Assembly: GCF_004010195.1 (NCBI RefSeq)
Contig: NC_057719.1
Coordinates: 51,258,518 to 51,322,517, forward strand
Reading direction: 5' to 3'
Source of the DNA: Chiloscyllium plagiosum
Taxonomy: Eukaryota
DNA length: 64,000 nucleotides
The notes below the pieces were generated by a model. It saw nothing but the letters and a program-made list of their open reading frames with translations, was not told the origin of the DNA and did no database searches. Positions 1 through 11,443 of the stretch are shown one piece after another (position 1 is the stretch's first letter; each line of letters begins with the position of its first letter). The position numbers and the translations under genes are program-made.

Positions 1-1203
1 GATGGTCTGGGAGATGATGGTTTGGTGGTGGGAGGTGGGGTCATGGTCAATGGGGCAGTAGCAGGAGGTGTCTGTGAGCTGGCGTTTAGCCTCAGCAGTG
101 TAAAGGTCGGTGCGCCAAACTACTACCGCGCCTCCCTTGTCTGCCGGTTTGATAGTGAGGTTGGGGTTGGAACGGAGGGAGTGGAGGGCTGCACGTTCCG
201 AGGGTGAGAGGATGGAGTGGGTGAGAGGGGTGGAGACGTTGAGGCGGTTAATGTCGCGGAGTGGGTGAGAGGGGTGGAGACGTTGAGGCGGTTAATGTCG
301 CGGCGGCAGTTGGCTATGAAGAGATCGAGGGCAAGTCAGAGGCCAGCACAGGGTGTCCAGGTGGATGGGGTGTGTTGGAGGTAGGAGAAGGTGTCGTCAG
401 AGGGTGTGCGAGAGTCTTGGTTGAAGAAGTAGGCACGGAGGCGAAGGCGGCGGAAGAATTGTTTGATGTCACGCCACATGTTGAACTCGTTGATCCGAGA
501 GCGTAGGGGAATGAAGGTTATGCCTCTGCCGAGGACTGATCTTTCATCCTCAGAGAGGGGTAATTCTGGAGGGATGGTGAAAACACGGCAGGGCTTGGAG
601 TTAGGACCTGGTATGGGGCTGGAGCTAGGAGTGGGGGCGGGATTAGGCATGGGGACGGGAACGGAGATCGGCGTGGGGGCGGGGTTAGGCATGGTGACAG
701 AGATCGGCGTGGGGTTGCAGGTAAGCGTGGTGACGGTGATCGGCGTGGGGTCGGAGACACATGCGGCGTTGTGGTCGTGCAGGTTAGTGATGTCACTGGG
801 GGCGGAAGTGGCTGCGGCAACGGCAACCCAGGGGGCTGAAGTGGCTGTGGCGACAGTGTTATTCCCGATAGCCGCGGAGGCCGCGGGTCTGTTGGCGATG
901 GTCTTCCTGGCGATCGTGGAGGCGGTTGTCTGGGCGGTTATCGCGGAGGCGGTTATCTGAGCGGCGATTGCGGAGGCTGCGAGGTCGCTGGGGGCAGAAG
1001 TGACATCATGGTCTGCGGCGGCGGTTGTTGCCGCGGGCGCTGTAGCAGACGCGTGGTTAATGGCGCCGGACTGATTTCGGAGGCCGATGGAAGATTCTGG
1101 AACAGTTGAGGAACCCAGAGTGTGGGGGTAAGTATATGAAAGTTGTTGGTACTTACTGTCTTTGATTTCCGATATGGCTAGGAAGAAATGTTTGTTTAGT
1201 GTA
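1..1203 (-). mobile_element. Penelope-like element (PLE), N-terminal ORF part; continues beyond the window start
   Basis: Minus-strand translation gives an Ala/Thr/Pro-rich N-terminus, then VFTIPPELPLSEDERSVLGRGITFIP...DIKQFFRRLRLRAYFF, then NLTIKPADKGGAVVVW (about 110-160), the characteristic PLE RT N-terminal ADKG motif. A 44-bp tandem duplication (215-302) causes a frameshift. Confidence 0.9.
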
Positions 1204-3607
1204 TTGGGAATAACACTGTTGCCACAGCCACCTCCGCCCCCTGGGTTGCCGTCGCCGCAGCCACTTCCGCCCCCAGTGACATCACTAACCTGCACGACCA
1301 CAACGCCGCATGTGTCTCCGCCTCCACACCGATCTCCGTCACCACGCTTACCTCCAACCCCACTCCGATCTCTGTCACCATGCCTAACCCCGCCCCCACG
1401 CCGATCTCTGTCACCACGCCCAACTCCGCCCCCACGCCGATCTCCGTCTCCGCCCCCACGCCTAACCCCGCACCCACTCCCAGCTCCAGCCCCACACCAG
1501 TACCTAGCTCTCAGCCCTGCTGTGTTTTCACCATCCCTCCAGAACTACCCCTCTCTGAGGATGAAAGATCAGTCCTCAGCAGAGGCCTCACCTTCATTCT
1601 CCTACGCTCTCGGATTAATGAGTTCAACACACGGCGTGACTTCGAACAATTCTTCCGCCGCCTTCACCTCCGCCCCTACTTCTTCAACCAAGACTCTCGC
1701 CCACCCTCTGACGACCCCTTCTCCCGCCTCCAACACACCCCATCCACCTGGACACCCCGTGCTGGCCTCTTACCTGCCCTCGACCTCTTCATAGCCAACT
1801 GCCGCCGCGATATTAACCGCCACCTGAACTCCCCCACCCCTCTGCCAGCTCGCGGACACCTCCTCCTACTGCCCCCTTGACCATGACCCCACCTCCCACC
1901 ACCAAACCATCATCTCCCAGACCATCCATAACCTCATCACCTCAGGGGATCTCCCATCCACCGCCTCCAGCCTCATAGTCACACAACCCCGCACCGCCCG
2001 TTTCTACCTCCTGGCCAAAATCCACAAACCTGACTGCCCCGGCCGACCCATTGTCTCAGCCTGCTCCTGCCCCACCGAACTCATCTCTGCATACCTCGAC
2101 ACGGTCCTGTCCCCCTTAGTCCAAGAACTCCCCACTAATGTTCGGGACACCACCCACGCTCTCCACCTCCTCCATGATTTTCGCTTCCCTGGTCCCCAAG
2201 GCCTTATCCTCACCATGGACATCCAGTCCCTGTACACCTCCATCCCCCATCACGAAGGACTCAAAGCCCTCCGCTTCTTCCTTTCCCGCCGTACCAACCA
2301 GTACCCTTCCACTGATACCCTCCTTCGACTGACTGAACTGGTCCTTACCCTGAACAACTTCTCTTTCCAATCCTCCCACTTCCTCCAAACCAAAGGAGTA
2401 GCCCTGGGCACCCGCATGGGGCCCAGCTCTGCCTGCCTCTTCGTAGGATATGTGGAATAGTCTGTCTTCCACAGCTACACTGGCACCACCCCCAACCTTT
2501 TCCTCTGCTACATCAGTGACTGTATCGGCGCTGCCTTGTGCTTCCACGAGGAGGTTGAACAGTTCATCCACTTTACCAACACCTTCCACTCTGACCTCAA
2601 ATTCACCTGGACCGTCTCAGACTCCTCCCTCCCCTTCCTAGACCTTTCCATTTCTATCTCGGGCGACCGAATCAACATGGACATTTACTATAAACCGACC
2701 GACTCCCACAGCTACCTAGACTACGCCTCATCCCACCCTGCCCCCTGTAAAAACGCCATCCCATATTCCCAATTCCTTCGTCTCCTAGTCTGCTCCCAGG
2801 AGGAGTAGTTCCAAATCCATACAACCCAGATGGCCTCCTTCTTCAAGGACCGCAATTTCCCCCCAGACATGGTCGACGATGCCCTCCACACTCCTCCGCC
2901 CTTGAGTCCCACCCCTCCAACCGCCACCAGGACAGAACCCCACTGGTCCTCACCTACCACCCCACCAACCTCCATGTACAGCGTATCATCCGCCGTCATT
3001 TCTGCCACCTCCAAACGGACCCCACCACCNNNNNNNNNNNNNNNNNNNNNNNNNNNNNNNNNNNNNNNNNNNNNNNNNNNNNNNNNNNNNNNNNNNNNNN
3101 NNNNNNNNNNNNNNNNNNNNNNNNNNNNNNNNNNNNNNNNNNNNNNNNNNNNNNNNNNNNNNNNNNNNNNNNNNNNNNNNNNNNNNNNNNNNNNNNNNNN
3201 NNNNNNNNNNNNNNNNNNNNNNNNNNNNNNNNNNNNNNNNNNNNNNNNNNNNNNNNNNNNNNNNNNNNNNNNNNNNNNNNNNNNNNNNNNNNNNNNNNNN
3301 NNNNNNNNNNNNNNNNNNNNNNNNNNNNNNNNNNNNNNNNNNNNNNNNNNNNNNNNNNNNNNNNNNNNNNNNNNNNNNNNNNNNNNNNNNNNNNNNNNNN
3401 NNNNNNNNNNNNNNNNNNNNNNNNNNNNNNNNNNNNNNCCTCTCCGCCCCCACCCCACTCCGGCCTATCACCCTCACCTTAACCTCCTTCCACCTACCAC
3501 ATTTCCAACGCCCCTCCCCCAAGTCCCTCCTCCCTACCTTTTATCTTAGCCTGCTGGACACACTTTCCTCATTCCTGAAGAAGGGCTTATGCCCGAAAGG
3601 CGATTCC
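1202..3607 (+). mobile_element. Penelope-like element, disrupted RT ORF plus 3' UTR/pLTR, head-to-head with the copy at 1-1203
   Basis: RT motifs KIHKPDCPGRPIVS, MDIQSLYTSIP and QTKGVALGTRMGPS; YIDD is decayed to YISD; then PFLDLSISI and IYYKPTDSHSYL. Contains stops and frameshifts, and the ADKG segment is deleted near 1820-1845. Gap 3030-3438 covers the expected GIY-YIG region. The C-rich 3' UTR ends in a hammerhead-like motif. Confidence 0.92.
3571..3606 (+). ncRNA. Minimal hammerhead ribozyme motif in the PLE 3' end (cleavage triplet mutated)
   Basis: attc-CTGAAGA-A-GGGC-TTAT-GCCC-GAAA-GGC-gattc. Core and stem II are intact, but GAAACGTC of sibling copies reads GAAAGGC here. Confidence 0.7.
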
Positions 3608-3790
3608 ACTGTGGAAATCCACTATTCACCGGCCGCTATCCTGAGGAAAAACCCCTTTTACCCTATGCTCTGCCTTCTGCCAGGCAGCCATCCTCTATCC
3701 ATCCCAATGCCTTGCCTTTACCACCAAGAGCTCTTATTTAGCAGCATCCTGTGGGGCACTTTATCAAGAGCCTTCTGGAAATCCAAATGA
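3608..3790 (-). mobile_element. CR1 LINE RT fragment
   Basis: The reverse complement encodes LDFQKALDKVPHR, similar to the CR1 RT motif LDFQKAFDKVPH. Confidence 0.75.
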
Positions 3791-5039
3791 TCTGAAATGG
3801 CGAGGTTCTATTTCCATGTAGGTGTTTCTGATTCATTTCATGTATCTTCAAAACAGTTATCCGGATATATTCTAGTATGTGGTTTTACTTGTTAATATGA
3901 AGGACTGTCTACCTATTGGTGAATGGCTAATGATTGATGTGTACATTAATATGGTCTGCTTTCACCATCATTTTAAATTGGTGTCTCTCAGCATGTTTGA
4001 TAAATGCACTTATATATTTCTGCTGAATGATGAGATTTCTGTAGTGTTTAATGACATGGACTAACTGGGACAAGCTGAAATCATAGAATTTAAATGTAAA
4101 TAGAGGTGTTAAATCGGGTTTTGTGCAAATGTTTGATTGTCTGCTTTGTGAATGAAACATATTGTGACCTCGTGTCACCATGCCTCCTGCACAGTAATGT
4201 CTAAGATTAGAACTCTCCTCAGATAATGAGTGCTGTCAGTGATTGCAGAGAAATGATCGGTTTTTGCAGCTGATTAGATTGATTGTTGACCTTGTAAAGT
4301 AATGGCACATTAGCAATAAGAGGTCATGAAGTACAAAAACAATTTCTCATAAATCATAAAAAGATGTGGTCATCAGTTATCTGCTGTGGCTGGCTCACTT
4401 TAAAACCTCTTGTTTTAAAAGACAATTTTTGTACCCCAGCCAAAATTATCCTGGGTTTTCAAATTAAATAAAAAGCCAACTATCCCCAGCTTCTCCTTGT
4501 CTAAATGATAATGAAGAGATTCGTAATAAGTCTGATTTATGCAATGCACCAAGTGGAAATTTGTCAGTAATGAAAATGAGTCCAAAGAGTTAAGGACACT
4601 TTTCAAATAAAAGCTGGCAGCTGACATGTTGGTGATGTACTGTGTTAGGGTTGTCGCTGCCACACAGAGCTGCTGTATTTCCATAATCAGACTCCATTGA
4701 GTAGTGGCAATGGGTCATTGCTGGTCCTGTGTTTGGATAGATGACTGCTATTGTTTATCAGGAACTTATAGAAGCTGCTAAGTAAACACAGGATCTGGGA
4801 AAATAATGTAATAGGGGTTCATTTGTAAAGCAGTCATGTTAAAGCCTATTCTAAACAAACAACCTTTTGTTCAGCTTTTGTTGTTTAACCCTCTGGTTCC
4901 CATGGGGTTGTGATTGCATTTTACCTTGTTTGACAAGGATCTTGGCATGCAGTTTGGAGGAAAAGTGCAGGCAAAGAATTTATTTTTTGCAGCCACCAAA
5001 ATATCAGAGACTTTTTCAAAAAATAAATGTTATTTGTCA

Positions 5040-5395
5040 TCAACTTTTCCTTCATGAGAGGTGGGTATGGCTGGCAAAGTCAGCATTTGGTGCCCATGAA
5101 CTGAGTGATGTACTAGTGAATATTAAAGGTCAGTGAAAAGCCAATCACATGGCTGTTAATCTGGAGTTAGGTGAGAACAGCAGATTTCCTTCCTTAAAGG
5201 CTATTAGTTAATCAGATGCACCTTTATGAGTATCAATAGCAGGTTCATGGTTCCAATACGGAGACAAGCTATATAGCCCAGATTTATTAATTGAATTTAA
5301 ATACTGCCAGCTACCTTGTCAGGATTTGAACCCACCTCTTCAGAGCCTGACTCTCTGGATTACATATCCAGCGACATTACCACACTACCACTTCC
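5040..5395 (-). mobile_element. Old tRNA-derived SINE with an L2/CR1-group LINE-type tail
   Basis: The minus strand starts with an A-box-like gtagtgtggtaatgtcgctgga and a B-box-like gggttcaaatcc. It is homologous to 62455-62770, and its tail resembles the LINE 3' ends at 29110-29170 and 36590-36655. Confidence 0.65.
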
Positions 5396-6284
5396 TCTGT
5401 TTTGCCACATTTGGCATTGTCAGTTTTAATGTTCTTATTATAATATGAGGAATTTTGCATTTTCCTGGCTATGAGAAAAGGTTTTACTTAGTGGAATAAT
5501 TACATTACGTTCACTTGCTGCTCTATCATGATGTCCCTATCTTAGCATTCATGAACAATTGAATCAGTATGGAATAAAATTTGAATCTGTAATCTTGCTC
5601 TGTGCTCAATACCACACCACACATCAGATTTAGTCACTAAGCTAATGGGGAAGCTGATTATCATTTTAAGGAAAAGCTAAACCATCTAAAGCATTAGAAT
5701 CATCACATTGTTGTCATGGTTACACACTGAAGAAAATCATTGGGGAAAAAATTGTTAACCATGACAGTATGAGTGAGCTGACTCAATACCTGAATGTATA
5801 ACCTTAACCCAGGTTTTTTCAGTAACATTGTTAAATGTAATGTGTGCGTCAAGCCAGCTTTCTCACAATGTTGGACTGAGTAATTTCAGTGATTCACCTT
5901 CTCCAATGACACAGCTGATCACCGTTCAAATGAAATTATTCAAATAAATGAAGAGACATTCTTATTAAAAGGTTACTTTTAAAAGGTTACTTTTAAAAAC
6001 AGGCCTATGGTTAGTACTTTTGGAATTTAATGGAACAAACTCCTTGTCATGTTTATTTTTCATGCAACCTTTTATATCTTCAATTTTCTTCCCATCTGTC
6101 CTGATGAGCTAAGTAAATTGAAATAAGGCTCCAGTGCTCTCATTTACATGATGCCATGTCTACAGGTTTCTTTTCCTCAGTGTTAGCAGGTAATAAAATT
6201 GCTTTTTCTCTCATTCAATATAATATTCTAATTGGTTTCTTACTGGTACAGTACAAATTAGTTCACTACATGCCTAGCCGGTAG

Positions 6285-7960
6285 ATGTTCTTTATAAAGA
6301 ATTTAGCAATGCTTTGATAAGGTGCTGTGTGGCAGGCTGATACAAAAAGTGAAGTCACATGAGATCCGTGGTAAGCTGATAAAATGGATACAGAACTGGT
6401 TTGCTCACAGATGACAGGGAGTAGTGATGAAAATGGTGTCTTCCGGATTGGAGATCTGTGATCAGTGGTGTTCTGCAGGAATCAGAGCCGGACCCCTGTT
6501 GTGCTTTATACGTGTGTGTGTGTGTGATTTGGAGGAGAATGCAGGTGGCTTGATTAGTAACTTTGCAGACAACACAAAGATTGGGAAGCTCCAGGTAGTG
6601 GTGAGGATAGCCAGAAGATACAGCAGGATATGGATAGCTGGAGACCTGGGAGGAGAAATGGCAGATTGACAAATGCAAGGTGATGCATTTTGGAAGATTT
6701 AGAGTCATAGAGTCTTACAGCATGGAAACAGATCCTTCAATCCAACTAGTCTCCATGCTGGATGTGTTCCCAAACTAAACTAATCTCACTTGGCTGCATT
6801 TGGCCCATAACCCTCCAAACCTTTCCAATTCATGTACTTATCCAAATATCTTTTTAAAATTGTAACTGTACCTGCATCCACCAGTTCCTCTGGCAGTTCA
6901 TTCCACACACGAACCATGTTCTATGTAAAAAGATTGCCCCTCATGTCCTTTTTAAAACTCTCTTCTCTCACTTTAAAAAATGACCCCCTAGTTTTGAACT
7001 TAAGAAAAAACCTTTCTAATTCATCTTATCTTTGACCATCTTAATTTTATAAACTTCTTTCAGGTTACCTCTCAACCTCCTACGTTCCAGTAGAAAAATG
7101 TCCCAGCCTGTCCAGCCTTTCCTTATAAATCAACCCTCCATTCCTGTCAATATTCTGGTAAATGCTTTCTGAACTTAATAATATTCTTCCTATAGCAGGA
7201 CAATCGGAACATTAGTATTGCAGAAGAGGTCTCACCAATGTCCTGAACAACAAACAAAGGAGGGAAATAGACCGTAATTGGCAGAACCTTTAGTGGTGTC
7301 AACATACTGAAGGATTCAGGTGTACAGGCCCACTGTTCACTGAAAGTGGCAACACAAATGGAAGAAGGCATATGGTATGTTTATCTTCATTGGTCGGCGA
7401 ATAGAATATAAAAATTGAAAATCATGTTGCAGCTCTAAAGAATTTTAGTTAGGCCACATTTGGAATATTGCATACAGTTCTGTTCATCACACTACAAGAA
7501 GGATGTGGAGAGTTCAGAGAGGTATAGAAATGGTTTACTAGGATGTTGCCTGATTTGGAGGGTATTAGTTATGAGGAGAGATTGGACAAACTTTGTTTGT
7601 TTTCACTTGAACGTCAAAGGATGAGGGGCAACCTGACTGAAGTTTGCAAAATTATGAGAGGCATAGATAGAATGGATAGACAGGGAAGTTAACTGCTAAG
7701 GGTTTAAGGTAAAAGGGTGTAAATTTAAAAGAGATGTGAGAGGCAGGTTTTTTTTTACACAGAAGGTGGTAAATGCCTGGAATGTGCTGCCAGAGGAGGT
7801 AGTGCCAGTCGAACAGATATAATAGCAACATTTATGAGATATCTTGACAGATATGTGAATAGGCAAGGAATAGAGGGATGCGAGCCATGTAGAGGAGAAA
7901 GGTTTTTTTTTAGAAATGCATAACAAGTTGACATAATCTTGGTGGGCCAAAGAGCTTTAT
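6285..7960 (+). mobile_element. CR1 LINE ORF2 3' half (decayed), interrupted by an antisense CR1
   Basis: Decayed FSKAFDKV-, ISNFADNTKIG (FADDTK) and LVRPHLEYC-like motifs, then FTQKVVNAWNVLPEEV and a 3' UTR. Confidence 0.85.
6702..7247 (-). mobile_element. CR1 LINE 3' end nested in antisense within another CR1
   Basis: Begins with the reverse complement of the CR1 microsatellite-like tail (agagtcatagagtc) and 3' UTR; homologous to 8780-9213 and 35365-35975. Confidence 0.85.
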
Positions 7961-8779
7961 GTATTTTTCTTTGTTTTTTGTACATTTTAATTGGCAAGGG
8001 GCATAGCCTTGTGCTAAAGAGAATGCAAATCTATTTTGGCCTACTGAGGAAGATGGAAAGAGAAGAGCTCTCCATTAAAATTGATATTAGAATACAATTC
8101 CAACAGAAAAAAGTTGGAAAAAGAATCCTAGGAATGGAAAAAAGGAAAGACTGAGACCAAGAAAAAGAGAGAGGCAGGAATGGAAAGAAAAGAGAAAATT
8201 TTGTGAAAGAAAAATGAAAAATGGAGTTTAAATTAAAACAGCTCAAACTGAGGGTGGGGCAGAAATTCCAACGTACCCAATAAAATTATATCTGGATAGG
8301 AAACTACCCCAACTCAGACTTAAGAGCTGAGATATTTAAATTAATCAGTTTAATCCCTACATTTGATGAAGAAGAAGTGGACACTATCTTTATCTCTTCT
8401 GAATGGTTAGCAAAACAAGTCAAGTGACCAGTCCAACAGTGGATACTTCTGTGGCAGATTCGGCTGACCGGAAAAGCACGCAAAGATTATTTCCTCTGGC
8501 CTGAAGTGAGTACAACCAAGTATGAGACAATGAAAGGGTTTATTTTAAGTGTGCGCCAGTTAGTGCCAGAAGTGAACTGGCAAAAATTATGTGCCTCAGG
8601 AAATGGCCTAACCAAATGTACTGTAAAGCGAATTTGAATGGCTTAAGCAGTTCACTCTTGATTGGTGTGTACAACCATTTAAAATTATGGTCACCTATGA
8701 AAACCCTCATGGGATAATTCTCCTGGAGGCGTTCAAAGATTCCCTGCCCTTTCCGATCTTCATTCATGTGAAGAAGCTG

Positions 8780-9213
8780 ATGTGGAGATATGGAGAGGCT
8801 GAATAGGGTGGGACTATTTTCTCTGGAGTGTTGGAAAATGAGGAATGTCCCTATAGAGATTTATAAAATCATGAGGGGCATGGATAGGGTAAATAGTCAA
8901 GATCTTTTCCCCAGGATGGGGAGTCCAAAACCAGATGGCATAGTTTCAAGGTGAGAGGGGAAAGATTTAAAGGGGACCTAAAGGGCAACCTTTTCACGCA
9001 GAGGGGAGTGCCTGTGTGGAATAAACTGCCAGGCAAAATGGTGGAGGCTGGTACAATTACAACATTTAAAAGGTATCTGGATGGGTATAGGAATAAGAAG
9101 GGTTTGGAGGGATATGTGCCAAATACTGATTAATTTAGGTTATCTGATTGGCATGGATAAGTTAGACTGAAGTGTCTGTTTCTGTGCTGCACATATCATT
9201 GACTCTATGACAC
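8780..9213 (+). mobile_element. CR1 LINE 3' end inserted in the gag relic
   Basis: RGERFKGDLKGNLFTQRGVPVWNKLP...TFKRYLDGY C-terminus plus gactctatga tail. Confidence 0.88.
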
Positions 9214-9832
9214 TATGTTGAGGAACAGAGGGTAACTGGACTCAAACAGGTAGCAATTCTGGCTGTCTATTCGGAATTAATACACAGACCTATTAAACTA
9301 GTCAGATTGTGATCCAAAAATCTTCACAGACCAGAGACAGAGAGAGCGAAAGAGATATGGAAGAGGTAAATAGGCCTGAGACAAGCTAGATGGAAAAAGA
9401 ATCCAGGGAGAGAAAGCAGAATAGTCTCTGACCATTAAAAAAAGGGATTCAGATGAACTGGATCAAGTAATATAAAATTGTTGGTTCAGAGTTCCCATAG
9501 AAATCAAGTTACGAGGCTAGTTGGCTGCAATATTAAACATGGTCAGTGTCAGTTCAGCCATAACGATTAATTGGGATAGCAGTCAGGAGTTTCATTTCAA
9601 AGGAATGATAAACATTTATAATTTTAAACAGCCAGAAAGTGAAACTAACATTTTTTAAGAGACAGCAGATAATCACAAACCTTGCTTTTGAGTGAAAATG
9701 AAACTTTTATAATCTAGAAAAGTATTAAATCCGAGTGTGCTGATAAAAGGATTCATTGGAAGGATATGGAGATGCCACTGGCAAAAATTTACCTATAGGG
9801 TGAACTTGTTACCTGATAACGATGGATGTAGT

Positions 9833-10880
9833 CAAGACTGTGGTGCTGGAAAAGCACAGCAGGTTAGGCAGCATCCGAGGAGCAGGAAAATTGACATTTC
9901 ATCAGGAATGAGGCTGGGAGCCTTGGGGATGGAGAGATAAGTGGGAGGGGGTGGGGCTGGGGGAAAGGTAGTTGAGAGTGCAATAGGTGGATGGAAGTGG
10001 GGGTATAGGCGATAGGTTGTGGGGGGAGCGGATAGGTGGGAAGGATGATGGACGGATGAGATGGGCCATGAGGACAGTGCTGAGATGGAAGTTTGGAACT
10101 GGAAGCTGGAAGACCGGCATGGTGGCTCAGTGGTTAGCGCCATTGCCTCACAGCACCAGAAACCTGTGTTCAATTCCTGCCTCAGGTGACTGTCTGTGTG
10201 GAGTTTGCACATTCTCCCTGTGTCTGTGTGGGCTTCCTCCGGGTGCTCCAGTTTCTTCCCAGAATCCAAAGATGCACAGGTTAGGTGAATTGGCCTTGCT
10301 AAATTGCCCATAGTGTTAGATGCATTAGTCAGGGGTAAATATGGGGAATGGGTCTAGGAGGGTTACTCTTTGGAGGGTTGACTTGTTGGGCCGAAGGGCC
10401 TCTTTCCATACTGTAGGGAATCCAATCCAAAGCTAGAGTGAGGGGAAATGAAGAAAATAGTGAAATCCACATTGATATTCTGCCTCAGGACCCTCCAACC
10501 TCATGGCATCAATGTGGATTTCACCAGTTTCTTTATTTCCCCTCACCCTATCTTACCCCAGTTCCAACCTTCAGCACCATCCTCATGATCTGTCCCATCT
10601 GTCCATCTTCCTTCCCACTTATCCACTCCATCCTCCCCATTGATCTATCACCTTTACCCCCACCTCCATCCACCTATTACACCCTCAGCTACCTTCTGCC
10701 AGCCACACACCCCTTCCATTTATCTCTCCATCCCCGAGGCTCCCAGCCTCATTCATGACGAAGGGTTTTTGCCCGAAACATCGATTTTCCTGCTCCTCGG
10801 ATGCTGCCTGAACTGCTGTGCTTTTTCAGCACCACACTCTTGACTCTAGTCTCCAGCATCTGCTGTCCTCACTTTTGCCT
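9833..10880. mobile_element. Fold-back PLE 3'-end insertion (inverted arm 9833-~10476, direct arm ~10480-10880) with degenerate 14-bp TSD
   Basis: The arms are reverse complements of each other. Flanks are acgatggatgtagt (9819-9832) and acaatgggtgtagt (10881-10894). A degenerate hammerhead motif lies at 10755-10782. Confidence 0.85.
10114..10430 (+). mobile_element. HE1-type V-SINE nested in the PLE fold-back
   Basis: tRNA-like head (ggtggctcagtggttagc; gttcaattcc), V-domain gtgtggagtttgcacattctccc...ggtgctccagtttc, and CR1-like tail ttgggccgaagggcc. Confidence 0.9.
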
Positions 10881-11081
10881 ACAATGGGTGTAGTTCCAAG
10901 CTTGTTAACGCCAAGGAGAGACATTTTTTTGTGGAATGACATTACCAGTAGCAAGATATGCCCTCAAAAAGAGAAGGACAGTCCAGAAAGGTCAGAAAGG
11001 CTGGTGAAAGCCAGCAAGAAGTGGCAGAGAGGCAGGGAACTGAGACATCTTCAGATGTCCTACAAAGGCAGTAGAATCTAG

Positions 11082-11202
11082 ATGAAGGGCTTATGCCCGA
11101 AATGTCGATTCTCCTGCTCCTTGAATGCTGCCTGTCTTACTATGCTTTTCCAGCATCACACTCTCGACTCTGATCTCCAGCATCTGAAGTCCTCACTTTC
11201 TC
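11082..11202 (+). mobile_element. Short PLE 3'-end insertion starting inside the hammerhead core; 14-bp TSD
   Basis: atgaagggcttatgcccgaaatgtcgattc...ctcactttctc, flanked by gcagtagaatctag (11068-11081) and gcagtggaatctag (11203-11216). Confidence 0.88.
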
Positions 11203-11328
11203 GCAGTGGAATCTAGGTTTAACATGGCTCAAGAAGAGTTGTTTGAATTAAGCTGGTAGGAAGCAGCAGAGAGGCAGGGAACTAAGAAAGCTTTGAGAGC
11301 CCCACAGATAGCTATAGAATCTGTGAGT

Positions 11329-11443
11329 GTTGATATTTTTTAGTTGACCTGCTCAGAGATGTTATTCCACTCTACTGGAGCAAGTGGGACTTGAGCTTGG
11401 GTCTCCTGGCTCAGATGTCCCTCTGTACCACAAGAATCCTAAG
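11329..11443 (-). mobile_element. Short (~115 bp) tRNA-derived SINE
   Basis: Homologous to 25432-25551 and 28492-28607; flanked by the 9-bp repeat tctgtgagt (11320-11328 and 11444-11452). Confidence 0.7.

Noticed and set aside
336..1301. 321-aa ORF with a Gly-rich N-terminus as a novel protein
   Set aside because: It is chimeric across the inversion junction at about 1203; the Gly-rich start is antisense of the plus-strand PLE copy.
1320..1500. CRISPR-like repeat array
   Set aside because: These are degenerate coding tandem units without unique spacers, in a eukaryotic retroelement.
2721..3549. Long ORFs spanning N runs (also 15856-16671 and 26719-27351)
   Set aside because: They are artefacts of translating assembly gaps.
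6098..6130. CTGATGA...GAAA as another hammerhead (also CTGATGA at 32795, 33723, 40624)
   Set aside because: There is no convincing stem II or stem III, and 40624 is ordinary CR1 sequence.
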